A stretch of DNA of 61,749 bases, the filler included, from Basidioascus undulatus (Eukaryota), in the NCBI GenBank assembly GCA_000826855.1. It is 9 parts of 9 records of this genome, joined end to end, with 100 filler letters (N's around TTAATTAATTAA, not from the genome) between each part and the next. Parts side by side here need not be neighbours in the genome. Positions count along the whole stretch, not along the records: positions 48,250 to 52,696 come from JTLS01002154.1; positions 52,797 to 57,224 come from JTLS01002155.1; positions 57,325 to 61,749 come from JTLS01002156.1; 6 more parts are not named here. One strand, given 5' to 3'. A program made the translations under genes and the position numbers. Shown one piece after another: positions 49,727 through 61,749 of the stretch (positions are counted from its first letter, which is position 1; the number at the start of each line of letters is the position of its first letter). The notes below the pieces were generated by a model. It was not told the origin of the DNA, ran no database searches, and saw nothing but the letters and a program-made list of their open reading frames with translations.

Positions 49727-50294
49727 CGCGCTGCGTTCCTCTATCCCCACGCCTTTCGCTTCGCGCGACTCTCGTCACGATACCGCATCCCTCAGTCTCC
49801 CTCTCTCTTAGACTTTGTGGCCTCCTGCATAGCTTCTCTCCGGACTTTTCAACTTGACGCTTTCGAAGCACAGCCTCTATAATATCTGTTCGACCTACCG
49901 CACATTCGGCGGCATGCGTATCTTCTTTCTTTCTATCGCTCGCTTCTCGCCATGCCGCTTTACCACCACCATCGTTGCTTTTATCCCATCCGCATCGCAT
50001 GCACTGTCACCCTGCATTTCGCATCCTTATTCTTTGTGTGCTGTGTAGTGATGTAGTGACTAGTGGCGATGGGGAGGCAAGCCATCACGAGCTCAGTCAC
50101 GTGCGAGAACGCGGGGGCGCGCTTGTTTTCCCAAGTCCCACCTCCCTCCCATCACCCTTCAATTCCTTAACTTGCCCTTCGACTGCTTCAACTTCCTTCA
50201 ACTCACACCGACACCGACAACTCCCTACCACCTGAATCCAAAATACCGCTATCACATCGCGCATCACCCCTCGACCTGCCGACACCCCCCGCAG

Positions 50295-52696
50295 ATGGTC
50301 CGCCAATCCGCCCCACCCTCAACGCACACGCCCCTCGCAGCCCTCCCACCTTTCCCAGCCGCCCGCGCACGCACGACATCCGCACGCAGCAGCACCAGCA
50401 ACAACGAAAACCATCCTTCCCCGAAGATCAAGCACTCGTCATCGACGACGGGCATGGCCGCGACCTCGAGGCGCGCGCTCGGTCACCGTGACAACGACGG
50501 GTTCGTCACGGAGGACGAGTGGGAGGAGCGCGCCGGGCGCAAGGAGCGCAGGTTTGGGACGCCGAAGGGGGATGTGAACCCTAGTGGGAGCGAGGGGGAC
50601 AGCAGGGCGAAGAAGGGAAAGGGGAAGGTGAGTCGGACGGGAGATTGCGAGCGTGGGCGGCATGCGAGGGTATCTGCTTTGGCAGGCTCTCGCCCGGCTG
50701 GGAAGATGGATCTGTTGGAGTGTATAGGGGATGTTCGAATTGCTAGGGACTCTGGCGGCGAAGCGCTCGTTGTTGATTGTTGAGGACAGGGCGGCTGTCA
50801 GACACTCTTCCGCTGCGGGCCGGGTGCACGCCCGCGCTTGATCTCCCTTTCTGCGACTGACCACCATCTGCCCCTCATCCCTCTAGGCCCGCATCTCTGT
50901 CCCGCCCTCCTCCACCCACTCGCACCGCACGCCCCTCCCGCCTTCTCCTCCCCCGACCCAGATCGCCGCCCCGTCCAACTCGCACACCCCGCGGCGCGTC
51001 TCACGCACGCACATCCCCACGCCGACCGCCATCACAGGCCGTACGAGCGTCTCGCCCTCGCCCCAGCGCCCGGCCCTCCAGCGCGCCCGCAAGCGCAGCC
51101 TCGCCGTCCGCGCGAGCATCGGCAGCCTCGCGGGCGTGACGGCGGAGAGCCCGAACCCGCGCGCGAAGAAGCAGCAGCGTAGCTCGACACCCCGCGCGTC
51201 AGCGTCGGCTTCGGCATCCAGCGCTGCTGCTCCTGCACCCAAGACGGAGCGTGCCCCGCGCCGCAAGAGCGTCTCCGTGAAAGTGAAGACCGAGTCGAGC
51301 CGCCGCAAGTCTGCCCCTCTCCCGCGCGCGCTAGCCGCCGAGCCGTCCATCCACCCCGCGCCGCCCGCGCCCGCCTCGCCCTCAGACGACCCCCTCCTCC
51401 TCGTCGGGTCCGGCCCGCGCCCAAGTCGCCGCAAGTCCTCACGCGGCCCGCTCACGGCCGACTCAAGCTTCGCAACGCAGTCGAGCGGCCTCAGATCCCC
51501 CACGCCTCGTCGACGCCTCGCGACGCCCCTCGCAGTCTCGGACGACGACGCGGACGAGATCGACTCCCTCCCTGCGCGCTCGCCGCGCCTCACCTTCTCC
51601 CCTGCCCCCTCGCACTCGCAGCACAACAATAGCCCGAGGCCATTCGACTTCTCCCCCGCCGCGTCGCAGGCGCGCCGAAGTGCGAGCCCGTCTGCGGGGC
51701 TCTCCGTTAAGCGCCCCGGGAGGGAGCGCAAGAAGAGCCCGCTCGTGCCGCGAGAGGAGGAGGAGGAAGAGAACGCCGAGATTGAGGACAGCTTCGATGC
51801 TGGGCCGCCGGACGACATGTTCGCCTGGCGCCCGTCTTATGGCGGCGCCGACGACGACGTGCAGGACGCGCAGGACATCTTCGACGCGGCTCCGATGCTC
51901 GGCGGCCTGCAGTCCGACTCGGACAACGACGGCAATGACAACGGGGTCGACCTTCTCCCCACGCCGCCTACAACTCAGCCCGCCGTTTTGTCCCCTAGCC
52001 AGCCCCCCGCCGGGGAGGCACGCGCCGCTCCTGAGCCTGCTCTTCCCGCTTCCCCTCCGCCAATCACACCCCTCGCGACCGCCGACCCGGCAGAGGAGGA
52101 CGACACCAAGGACGGGGCGGCCTCGCCCGAGGCTCCCACTCCGGCAGCGCTCGATGCGCCGCCGGAGATCGTCAAGCAATCGCCGCCTGTCGAAGAGCAA
52201 GAGCAAGGGCCTGCGCCCTCCCCCTCCCCCTCCCTCGCAGAGCCTTCACCGGCACCCGAACCGGCGGTGCCAGCCGTTGGCGCCTTGCCCTCGCCTTCGC
52301 CCGTCCGCGAAAGCAGCCCCGCTGCCCCCGCTGCGCCTGCTGCGGTCGAGTCCGACTCTGCCGCCCTGCCCAGCTCGCCCATGCGCGGAGTCGTCCGCGC
52401 CGAGTCCACCGTCCCTACGCCCGCGTCAGCCGCGAGGTCCGTACCTGCATCGGCACCGTTGTCGCACCACCGTGCGCCGCGCTCTGCTTCCCCAGTCGTC
52501 AAGATCTCGAGCGCCGACCCGCGCGCTGCTGCTCGCGCGGCAGCGATTCTGAAACTCGTGCGTCGAATCCTGTTTATTTCTGTCCAAGATCTTCATGTTA
52601 AATGCTAAATCAGCTTTTGTACATACATAGCACCACGATTATGTCGAGCACAGCACGCCGCACTCGCTCTCTCCCCGCAAGTCGCGGCGCGGCTCC
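50295..52696 (+). CDS. Large low-complexity (P/S/A/E-rich) hypothetical protein, 3'-truncated
   Basis: Long open frame 51136-52557 with coding bias; ordered-looking motif VVKISSADPRAAARAAAILKL|HHDY; 5' exons uncertain. Confidence 0.6.
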
Positions 52697-52796
52697 NNNN
52701 NNNNNNNNNNNNNNNNNNNNNNNNNNNNNNNNNNNNNNNNTTAATTAATTAANNNNNNNNNNNNNNNNNNNNNNNNNNNNNNNNNNNNNNNNNNNN
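52697..52796. other. Artificial contig spacer
   Basis: N44-TTAATTAATTAA-N44. Confidence 0.99.
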
Positions 52797-55700
52797 TCCC
52801 CGCTCTCCCCCCCCCCCCCCCGCCCCTCGACCCCTCCGCGCCCCTCGACCCGCGCCTCGCGACCGAGGCGGAGCTGCGGGACTTTATAGCGCTCATGCGG
52901 CCCTCGGACTTCGACACGTCATCGCCCGCGTTCCGGACGCTGCCGACCGAGGTGCAGTACGAGATCATCGGCGACCTGAGGCTCCGCTCGCGCCAGACGT
53001 CCTACGCCCGCCTGGAAAGCATGCTTAGGAGCAGCAGGACCGCGATCGACTTTAGCAAGGCCCAGATTAGGAACTTGATGCAGCGGAATGACCTCACGCA
53101 GAAGCTAATCTCCCACGCGGAGGGGATGGGGAGCAAGGAGGGCGAGCAGCCGCAGCAGCAGATCGCAGTCCGCGTCGCGAGCGAGCGGAACAAGGAGTAC
53201 GTCCTTGTGAGGAATGGGCATGCCGAGGGCGCCGGGTGGGTCCTTGGCGTGCGGGATAGGAGGGGACTGCCGGGCGAGAAGCCGATCGAGATTAGCGATG
53301 AGGAGGAGCCGGTGGAGGAGCCGCCGAGCGCGGAGGACAGCGACTTTGAGATGGAGGAGGTTGATATCCCTGCCGAGTGCGTTCCATCTCGCTCTTCACG
53401 CGACAATACCCAAGGTTGCTGAACGATCTCCAACCGCCAGCGTCCCCCCCTCCCCCGCCGACAAAGACGCCGACCTCCGAAAGCTGCACCGCGTCCAAGC
53501 GCTCGAAGCGCTCTACGCGCGACACGCGCCTCGCCCTCCACCCAAGCCCGCGCCGTCCGGGCCCGTCGCCCCGACATCCGGGGTGCTGCGCCCGCGGCCA
53601 CCCGGCTCCCGCCCGCTGTTCACCTACGCCGACGCAGCGAATGCCAAGATGCGGGCCGGGATCCGTAAGGAGCTGGACGAGCTCCGCGGCGCGGAGGAGG
53701 AGGACCCGGAGCTGCAGTGGGCGCTGGACCTGTCCCGGGCGTGGGTGGACGATGGAGAGGGAGAGGGGCAAGACGCCCAGCTGCAGAGAGCGCTGAGGGA
53801 GAGCGAGTGCGAGTGGGAGGCGAGGCGAGCCCGCGCACTCGACTCGGATGGGGAGGAGATGGACGAGGAGGACGTTTCGGCGCCGGCCGCACCGTCGAGG
53901 GAGAAGCTCAAGGCGAAGCCGATTGAGGTCGACTCGGACTCGGACCTCGATCACGTCGAGATGAGCCCGGAGACGAGGAGGCGGGCGCTGGCGGCCAGCA
54001 CGGCATCCATGGCACTCGCAGCACCCGCACCGTCCACGACGCCAATGGGCTGGACGTCCACCGGCCTGCTCGACGAAGATAAGGCGGACGAGCTGGCCGC
54101 ACCCGCTCCGCCTGCGCCTGTGCCTCCCGTGCAACAGTCGACCGCGGCCGCCCGACTGGCTGCGAAGGCGCGTCGCCCGCCTACATCCCCTCTTCGCGCG
54201 TCGCCTGTCCCCGCGGGGTGGGCGTCGACCGGCCTCCTGCTGGATGAGGACCAGATCGACGCAGACGACGAGGAGGCTTTTGGTCTGTCTCCAGTCGGCC
54301 CCTCGGCACCGGCACCGGCACCCGCCTCCATCTCCCCTGCCGCAACCGCACCCGCATTCGCACCTTCACCTCCAGCACCCGGACCCTCGACTGCCGCTGC
54401 ACGGCTCGCCTCCAAGTCGGCGCACCCGCCATCTCCTCCCCCTCCTGCTCATCCCCAGCCCCTCCCCACCGCATCTACCGCCTCAGCCCGCCTTGCATCC
54501 AAGTGCATCTCCCGTCCTCCCAGCCCTGCCCCCGCTTCTCCAGCGGTTGCTCGCGCGATCTCCACAACCAGTCACACTGCCGCGTTCGCAAGCGAGGACG
54601 AGGACGAGTTCGAGCCGGTCGAGATCGCGACTGCCCACCTCGTCGCCCCTCCCGAGCCGCCCGCCGCCATCCCCCCAGCTTCTCCTTCTACTGCCGTTCC
54701 CGACTCTCCAGTCGCTCGCGCTTCCTCGTTCGCAGCACCGCCTTCCCCAGCGCCGGCACCGTCCACCGTCCAATCGTCCCCAGCCCCAACAGCCGCCCTG
54801 GACGTGCCTGCCGAGTCTCGCCCAGCCTCTCCCTTCCAGGACCAGGACCAAGCTGAGCGACTCTCGGACGCGCCCTTCAGCGACTGGAGCCGCTCGCCGA
54901 CACCAGCGCCGCGCTCCGAGCGTGCCTGGTCCCCGCCGCCGGACATCGACCAGTCGGACGAGGAGCAGGAGGCCGACTACGGCGCGGAGGAGGAGGAGTA
55001 CGCGCGCTTCGCGTCCGACCTGCGCAACAAGCGGCTTGACGACATGGAGAAGGAGGTCGACCAGGAGGTCCGCACGCTCCAGAACCAGCAGCGGCATGCG
55101 ACCGGCGGGTCGGACGATCCGACCCAGCAGATGACAGGGGAGATCCAGGTGCGTGGCGAGAGCACGTTCTCTTTGTCGGACTGTTGCACTGACAGTGTAC
55201 CGCGACATCGCACAGCGTCTCCTCCGCCTCTTCGGCATCCCGTACATCACCGCGCCGATGGAAGCCGAAGCGCAGTGCGCGAAGCTGCTCGAGCTCGGGC
55301 TCGTCGACGCGGTGATCACGGACGACTCGGACGTGTTCCTGTTCGGGGGCACGCGCGTGTTCAAGAACATGTTCAACGACAAGCAGTTTGTCGAGTGCTT
55401 CCTCCTCAACGACCTCACGCGCGAGCTCGGACTTGACCGCGAGCGCCTCGTCCAGCTCGCGTTCCTGCTCGGCAGCGACTACACGGACGGCATCCCCGGC
55501 CTCGGGCCCGTCGCGGCCATGGAGCTCCTCGACGAGTTCCACGGCGAGGACGCGCTCATCCGCTTCCGCGAGTGGTGGCTCAAAGTCCAGTCCGGCAGGG
55601 ACACCGAGGAGGAAAGCGGCACGAAGTGGAAGCAGGCTTTCGTGAGTTTGACTGAATACTCGCCCGGTGGGCGCGCTGGACTCAACGCTCTCCTTTCAGA

Positions 55701-56722
55701 AAAAGAAGCACAAGGACCTTTTTCTGACAGAGGACTGGCCGAATCTCCGTGTGGTACGTGCGCCCTGGTGTCTGAACTCAACTGTGTCTAACGATGTGTC
55801 GACTTCCCAGAAAGACGCGTATTACGATCCGCAGGTCGACCCGTCTGACGAAGAGTTCGTCTGGGGCATCCCGAATCTAGACGAGCTGCGCGAGTGCGTC
55901 TGTGTCGTTCCGTGAGATGGGCAGCGTCTGACTTCATACGCTCCTCCCCTTGTGCAGGTTTCTGAGAGAGTTCCTGGGCTGGTCGTACAACAAGGTCGAC
56001 GAGACGATTAGTGCGTGTTCGCCCTCTCCACGTTGGACAACCATGGCTAACGCTCGCAATTTGACAGTCCCCGTGATCAAGAACCTCAACAAGAAGGTGC
56101 GCTGCCTCTCCTCCTTTATTCGTCACATCCTCTTACCCCGCCGAACATACAGCGCGTCGCCCCCCAAACGACGCTCGACGCCTACTTCGACCATACCGCC
56201 GGTCTCGGCGCATACGCCCCGCGCAAGCGCGCCGAACATGGTTCGGCGCGCCTCCAGAAAGTCGTCAAGCACTTCCGCGCCCAAAACGCGCGCAAAGCCG
56301 CGGACGGGGCATCCGGGTCCGGGTCCCCGAGCTCCTTTGCCTCTTCCTCCTCCGAGGACGAGACCGCCCCGCCAGCGAAGAAGCCCAAGCGCGCTGCTGC
56401 TGCTGCGCCTGCGCGCGGGAGGGGCCGCGCGCGCAGTGCGCGCGGTGGGAGGAGACGCGGACGCGGACGCGAGGGCGCTGCTGCCGCGAAGAGGGGGAGG
56501 AAGAAGAAGGCGGAGGAGGACGACGAGGCTTATGGGGAGGAGGCGGACGGTCCCGAAAGCGAGGACGACCCCGCTGAGGAGCCGCGCCCGCCGTCCCCGA
56601 TTAAGCCGCGCCCGCGTCCGAAGCCGAGGCCAAGGGCGTCGGCTAAGGCGGCTGCTGGTGCTGCTTTGACGGATCCGTCCACTGCGTCGCAGAGCGTCGA
56701 GCTGAGCTCAGACTCCGAGTGA
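52797..56722 (+). CDS. RAD2: XPG/Rad2 structure-specific endonuclease, 5'-truncated
   Basis: FRTLPTEVQYEII, DFSKAQIRNL, FGIPYITAPMEAEAQCA, TDDSDVFLFG, LLGSDYTDGIPGLGPV, WGIPNLDELR, QTTLDAYF (PIP-like), basic C-terminal tail. Confidence 0.95.
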
Positions 56723-57224
56723 CGGGGCTTCGCAGTTGATTTCGATGTACTCCGCATTTGTTCGTAGGACCTGTACCTGTACCGCACCTTGGACCTTTTT
56801 TATTGCATATCTTTCGCACGTTTGCGTCTCCGATGCGTCTGCGCTGCGACAGAGCGTGCACTAGACATCAACGACCAGCTCGGCAACGCACGTCATGCTA
56901 AGACATGGGAAACGTCATAATGCAAAGATGGACCCAACGAAACAAAACAAAGCGGTGGACGGTATACAAAAGCTTCAGCGTCACTCTGCGCGTGATATGG
57001 TGTGGTGCGTGGACCGTGTTATGATAAGATGACGGAGACGACGAGGATGAAATGCGAGATGGGTAAACATGCGGATTGTGTGGTGCGTGGACAGAGCCGA
57101 GAGCCAAAGACGGAAAAGAAGAGAAAGAGGAAGAGGCAGATGTGGGGTACATGGAGAGGAGATGGAGACGGAGACGGATAATAATGCGGGAGACGTTCGT
57201 TGCAAATAGCATCACCCATGTTTG

Positions 57225-57324
57225 NNNNNNNNNNNNNNNNNNNNNNNNNNNNNNNNNNNNNNNNNNNNTTAATTAATTAANNNNNNNNNNNNNNNNNNNN
57301 NNNNNNNNNNNNNNNNNNNNNNNN
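57225..57324. other. Artificial contig spacer
   Basis: N44-TTAATTAATTAA-N44. Confidence 0.99.
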
Positions 57325-57764
57325 CCGCCCCCTCCGCCCCCAGAGCGCGCCGTGGCTTGCTGCTTGTCGAGCGCGGCGACGCGGTTGCGGTAGACTGTGA
57401 TGAGCGCGTGTGTGGTCTCGAGCCAGAGCGCGTTGTCGGCCGAACGCGAAAAGTCGGATGTCGGGTGTATGAAAAGCAGCTTCAAGCAGAGCGAGCGGAT
57501 CCTGAGGAAGCACGACAGCCAGGGGCGGATGTTCAGGTGGATAGAGATGCTCGTCTATGGTGTACGGCGACGTACCGCTGCCGCTGAAACTCAATCTCCT
57601 TATCCCAAGGATCCCTCCTCTTCAGACTCTCCTTGAACCCCGCCGTAAAGCTCTTGATCTCCCTATTCCCCGTGCAGCCGCCCTTCGATCAGTCTCTGGG
57701 CCGGTCCACCGAAGCGCGCACCGCGGCGCACGCACTTGCTGATGTGCTCGGCCGGGTCGGCCAT
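57325..57764 (-). CDS. EST1/SMG6-like protein, N-terminus only
   Basis: Spliced MADPAEHISK|EIKSFTAGFKESLKRRDPWDKEIEFQRQR|IRSLCLKLLFIHP...ADNALWLETTHALITVYR. This resembles the start of an EST1 helical domain. Confidence 0.65.
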
Positions 57765-58189
57765 TTGGCGAGCTGTAATCGTGTATAAGTGGAAAGCTGG
57801 GGGGTTAGTGCATCGCCGGGGGTGCCGAGCGACGCGGCGGGAGGCGGGAGGCGAGGATGGTGGAGGGTCAAGAAGGACGACCGGGCCGCAGGCGCGTGAA
57901 TGCGCGAGGACGTCTGCGGTCTGCCCCTGCTCGCCTGCACCAGACTCGGACATCGTGCCGGTAGCTGCACTCATTCGCATGCGATGTCGGCTGCAACGCA
58001 GCGTTGTTCAAGCACACTGGCAGCCTGGACAAGCAGAGTTTGAAAGAATGCCATGCGAAATATAAAGAATGCGCTGGTAGTTGCAAATGGAATAAGGATG
58101 CAGGCAAACAGGGGAACGAGCTCCAGGCCGACGCATTATAAACTGGAAGTTCCGGATACACAAAAGCGGAAACCAGGAACATGACAGAT

Positions 58190-59262
58190 CTAGAGGGCGA
58201 GAACGGCGAGGACCCCCGCGAACACGGCGCCGAAGGCGGGGAGCGCCAGGGAGCCGGCGCCGCTGGTCGGAGACTCCGTGGCGTTGGCCGCAGCGGCGTC
58301 GGCCTTGGTCGTGGAGGCGGCGGTGCTGGGGGGGGGCGGTATCAATCAGATGGGGGCTCAGCCGATGGAGGCGGCGGGGCCAATGAAGTACTCACGAGGA
58401 CGACTTGGTGGCTGCAGCGGTCTTGCTGGCGCTGGCCGCCGACGTCGACTCGGCGGCGGCGATGTCGGCGAGCTGCTTCTTGACCTCGTCGGAGAACTCA
58501 CCAGACATGTTGTTCAGGGTGAACTGCCCAGGCGACGTCAGCTTCGTGGACACCCGGGCGAGATATCGTTCGGATGAGAATCGCTATCGTTCGGATGAGA
58601 ATCGCACCTTGGCGGAGTACGCCTGGTACTGGTACTGGTCGTTCTCCGGGTCCTTCAGGGACTTGGACTGGAAGCGGATGAAGCTGTGATAGAATTGGGA
58701 TGAGAACAAGTCTGTCTACTTGACCCCGGCGAGACCACGCACTAGACGTTGCCGTTGGGCCCGATGGACGGGTCAACGGTAGCCTGGACTTCGCCGACGG
58801 TCTCGGCGTTGACGTTGGTCTGGAGAGTCTGCAGCAGAGTCTCTGTTGAGTCGCCCAGACAAAGGTTAGCTAAACGCCATATGTCAGTTCCGGTAGTCGA
58901 GATCGTCTTACGCTGCTGAACGGAGCCTGCTCGTGTAACAGCGGATCAGCGCTCGCCTCGAGCTCCTGATCTTTGCATGCGAACCCACCAGTGAAGATGG
59001 CAATGTCAATAAGGCCGACGTCCTTGAGGGTCGGCTTCTCGCCGTTGTCCTCCCACTTGACGGTGATGGTGGAGCCACCGTTAACGGTGGTTGACTCGAC
59101 CGGGTTGGTGATGTACTACGGACGGGGGTACGCGCTCTCAGCCCCTCCTAATTCCTTCGCCATCCGCGGCTCTGCGCGCCGAGCAAGGGAGCAACTCACG
59201 ACACCAGCCAAGACCGAGGGAGCGGCGGCGACGAGAGCAAGGGCGGCAGCGGCAAACTTCAT
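58190..59262 (-). CDS. Kre9/Knh1-like N-terminal domain, Ser/Thr-rich GPI-anchored cell-surface protein
   Basis: Signal peptide MKFAAAALALVAAAPSVLA, YITNPV...ITVKWEDNG, VDPSIGPNG..YFIRF, YSAKFTL, S/T/A-rich stalk, hydrophobic C-terminal tail. Confidence 0.85.
58564..58605. repeat. 21-bp perfect tandem duplication inside an intron
   Basis: TATCGTTCGGATGAGAATCGC x2. Confidence 0.9.
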
Positions 59263-60174
59263 TTTGATAGGTGAGATGGCGTGGGTGGTGGGTGTAGGGG
59301 GTTTATAGGGTACAAGAGAATGTGAGAATTGAAAAGAGTGTCTGGGGTCAGAGCGTTGGTGAATGGACTACTGCGGGCGAGCTTGAGATGGAGATGGAGA
59401 TGGAGAGAGAGAAAGAGGGCGCAAAGGGGCGAGATCAAGTCAAGGCAAGGCGACGGTCAGAAGCAGACGGAGACATGCTGTGCCAGGCGTGCCGCACGAT
59501 CAAACGCGCTCGAGCCCCTTCGACGGTGCCTGGCTTCGATTTGGACCGCTCGCACACAAACTCAAGCGCGTGGCCAGGCGACGCGTCTTGGCTTTCACAC
59601 TTGGATTTTCAGCCACAAAATTTCAGACAAGTTTCCCAATATCCTCTGCAAGATGGTCTTGAACACCCATACTATCAGTGCCAGTCCGACTGGCGAGCTG
59701 ATCCTCACCGAGTCGACCCGCCGTGCCGGGCTGACATCTTCAATCGGCGACGAAGACACGGAGGGCACGAGGCGCCTGTCCACTCCGCTTCTTCGGGCAA
59801 AGCGAGCATGAGCCATGTCGTATCGTTCTGTGGCCAGTCCGCCGGCAGTTGGCCTCGCGAATCGAATCGGGAACACAAAGAAACAACCTCGAGTCGCACT
59901 CAACAGCGAGAAGGACGAAGAAGCAAGAGTAGGAGCACGAAAATATTCTGGGCTTGACTTCTCGAAAAGGGGTATGATGGCCTTTGAAATAGGCACTTCT
60001 ATCTATAACGCGCAAGCCGCAAAGCTGCAAGGCACTGGCGCACCCGTCCGAAGGACGTCGTCGGTAGCCGCAGTGTGAACCTCCTTTCAAACTTTTCTAG
60101 TCCTCAACCTGCGAACGCTCACAATTGAAGCCCAGGACCAATGCAGTCTAAAATGTTTCAATACGGCCTTCCCG

Positions 60175-61749
60175 TCACAACTTCAACCTCCGCTTCCTCA
60201 GCGCCCAGGCCGCCCCAAGCACAGCGGCCGCGTACAACCCAAGCACTACAAGGGCGCTGCCGTCGCTCGCGTACATCGTTTGCATCGACATGTTCACCAA
60301 GCCTGTCAAGAGATTGGCCTGCCCCGGTCGGATTGCCCAGTCAGCGAACGAACAAGACTCTGAGATGCGGAGTGGGAGACGAACGATGAGAAAGACGGGC
60401 AGGGCGTTCGCGTTGATGGCCTGAAAGATGCGCGGCGTGGCAACGGGAGACGAGGGCGAGTTGGGGAAGAAGGATAGATCGGGGAGGAGGAAGAGGAGGA
60501 GGAAGGTCATGTTGAAGGCCGTCGTCCACAAGACGTAGGGCAGGTTCGCCTGTTTCGCAGACATTCAATCTGTCAATCAGCGCTCCATCTTCTAGGACCG
60601 CTGACCAATCGGATCGCTTACCAACCGGCGGGACACTTCGCCTTGTGCAAGATAGACAACGCCGAGTGCGGTCCACCAGAGGATGGCGTAGCTGAGGAGG
60701 ATCATAGCGAGCTTGTCGCGCTTGTCGGTCTTCTTGGACGGGCGGCGCCGGTTCGAGCGGAACGCGAGGTACGGGTCGGCGGGGAGGATGTAGAGTCCTG
60801 CGTCGAGGCCAATGAGGAAGATCGAAAGGTAGCCTGCGGGCGGGTTGGGATCAGTCGAGCGCGGATAGAATTAAAAAGGCGTAGAAACACTGACCAGGGA
60901 AGGAGACGAGTCCTTCTTTATTTTCGGAGATGAGCGAGGACGAGTCCCGGGAATTCGTAAGCGCCCACGGCTGGAGCGTTGTGGAGGAGAGGATCATCTG
61001 GTGCACTGTGTGCCGTCGAAAGGACGGATGAGTGGCTAGGCGAACGCGCTGAAGGTTCAGGAGCTTACTGCATGAGAGCACCAGACCGAGAAGTGAAAAT
61101 TGAATATTCAGCATCTTCTGAACAGGCGCTATCAAGACCGCTGCGATCGGGAGGAGGCCGAGCGTGAAGAAGAAGTTCCAGTGCACGCCGTACTCGGTGA
61201 CATGCTCCTGTGCTCAACGATCAGTGAGCGCGGACAACAACAGGAAGACAATGTTAAGAAGACGAACCGGATACTCAACACCTTTGACAGCCCACACGCG
61301 AATCAATCCGAGGGCAAGGACCGGCGCGCACTTCTTGGCTTTGTTGATCAGCTCCGACCTCAGCGGCTTGCGCTGCAGGTCGACGCGGAGGAACGGCCGA
61401 GCAGAGACCAGTCCCATGGAGAAGACGAAAGAACCAACGCCCATGTCCATCTGACGCCCCGACTCCAGGTCAGCATCGGAGCTCACCAATAACGCGTTTG
61501 GCACACGCACCAGCGACGTTCCCCAGCTCTCGGTCTTCCCGAGAGCACGCGGAAAGGCCGGAAAGTCGACAGCGAGAATAGCCAGACAGGTGACGAGCAT
61601 CATGCTCGCGCGGTAGGTGGTGAGGAAAGACTTGGTGGGCGTGGGCGGAGGCGTGCGCTGCGGTGGGGGCGGTCCGAGGCGGTGGTTTGGGGAGTCGGGG
61701 GAGGTGGGGACGAGGAGGGAGAGGGAAGAGTGTAAATATGAGGGGCAAG
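60175..61749 (-). CDS. GWT1: GPI inositol acyltransferase (PIG-W), 5'-truncated
   Basis: [90 protein letters not shown]. Confidence 0.95.

Noticed and set aside
57730..57745. Possible GC donor (GCAAGT) in the first intron of the EST1-like gene
   Set aside because: The adjacent GTGCGT donor gives the correct phase.
52797..61749. Apparent DNA-repair/telomere/GPI gene cluster (RAD2, EST1-like, Kre9-like, GWT1)
   Set aside because: RAD2 is on a different contig. Adjacency of the GPI protein and GWT1 alone is not evidence of a system.

Overview
This window is eukaryotic, intron-rich, GC-rich fungal DNA that looks basidiomycete. It is not one locus. Eight identical 100-nt spacers (N44-TTAATTAATTAA-N44) join nine contigs (eight of about 4.4 kb and one of about 25.4 kb), so gene neighbourhood across spacers means nothing. 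Manual splicing gives about 20 genes, many cut by contig ends: mitochondrial uL11, M28 leucine aminopeptidase, ClC channel, R3H/SUZ protein, cutinase, IPI3, alkaline phosphatase, amidase, LIM-RhoGAP, UBA1, an SDR, a WLM protease, a mitochondrial carrier, biotin synthase, an LSG1/GNL1-like GTPase, RAD2/XPG, an EST1/SMG6-like protein, a Kre9-like GPI protein and GWT1. The strongest signal not visible in the ORF track is an intron-retaining NimA/NEK-like kinase pseudogene (about 43.8-45.1 kb, minus strand). Its catalytic motifs were destroyed by CpG->TpG/CpA changes, which points to methylation or RIP-like silencing. Also notable are decaying F-box/LRR paralogues flanking a GYSKG-variant cutinase, many micro-exons (down to 7 nt), and introns with strongly G-rich or C/T-rich composition. 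I found no convincing rRNA, tRNA, CRISPR array, intact transposon or new multi-gene system. All family calls rest on motif recognition, not database searches.
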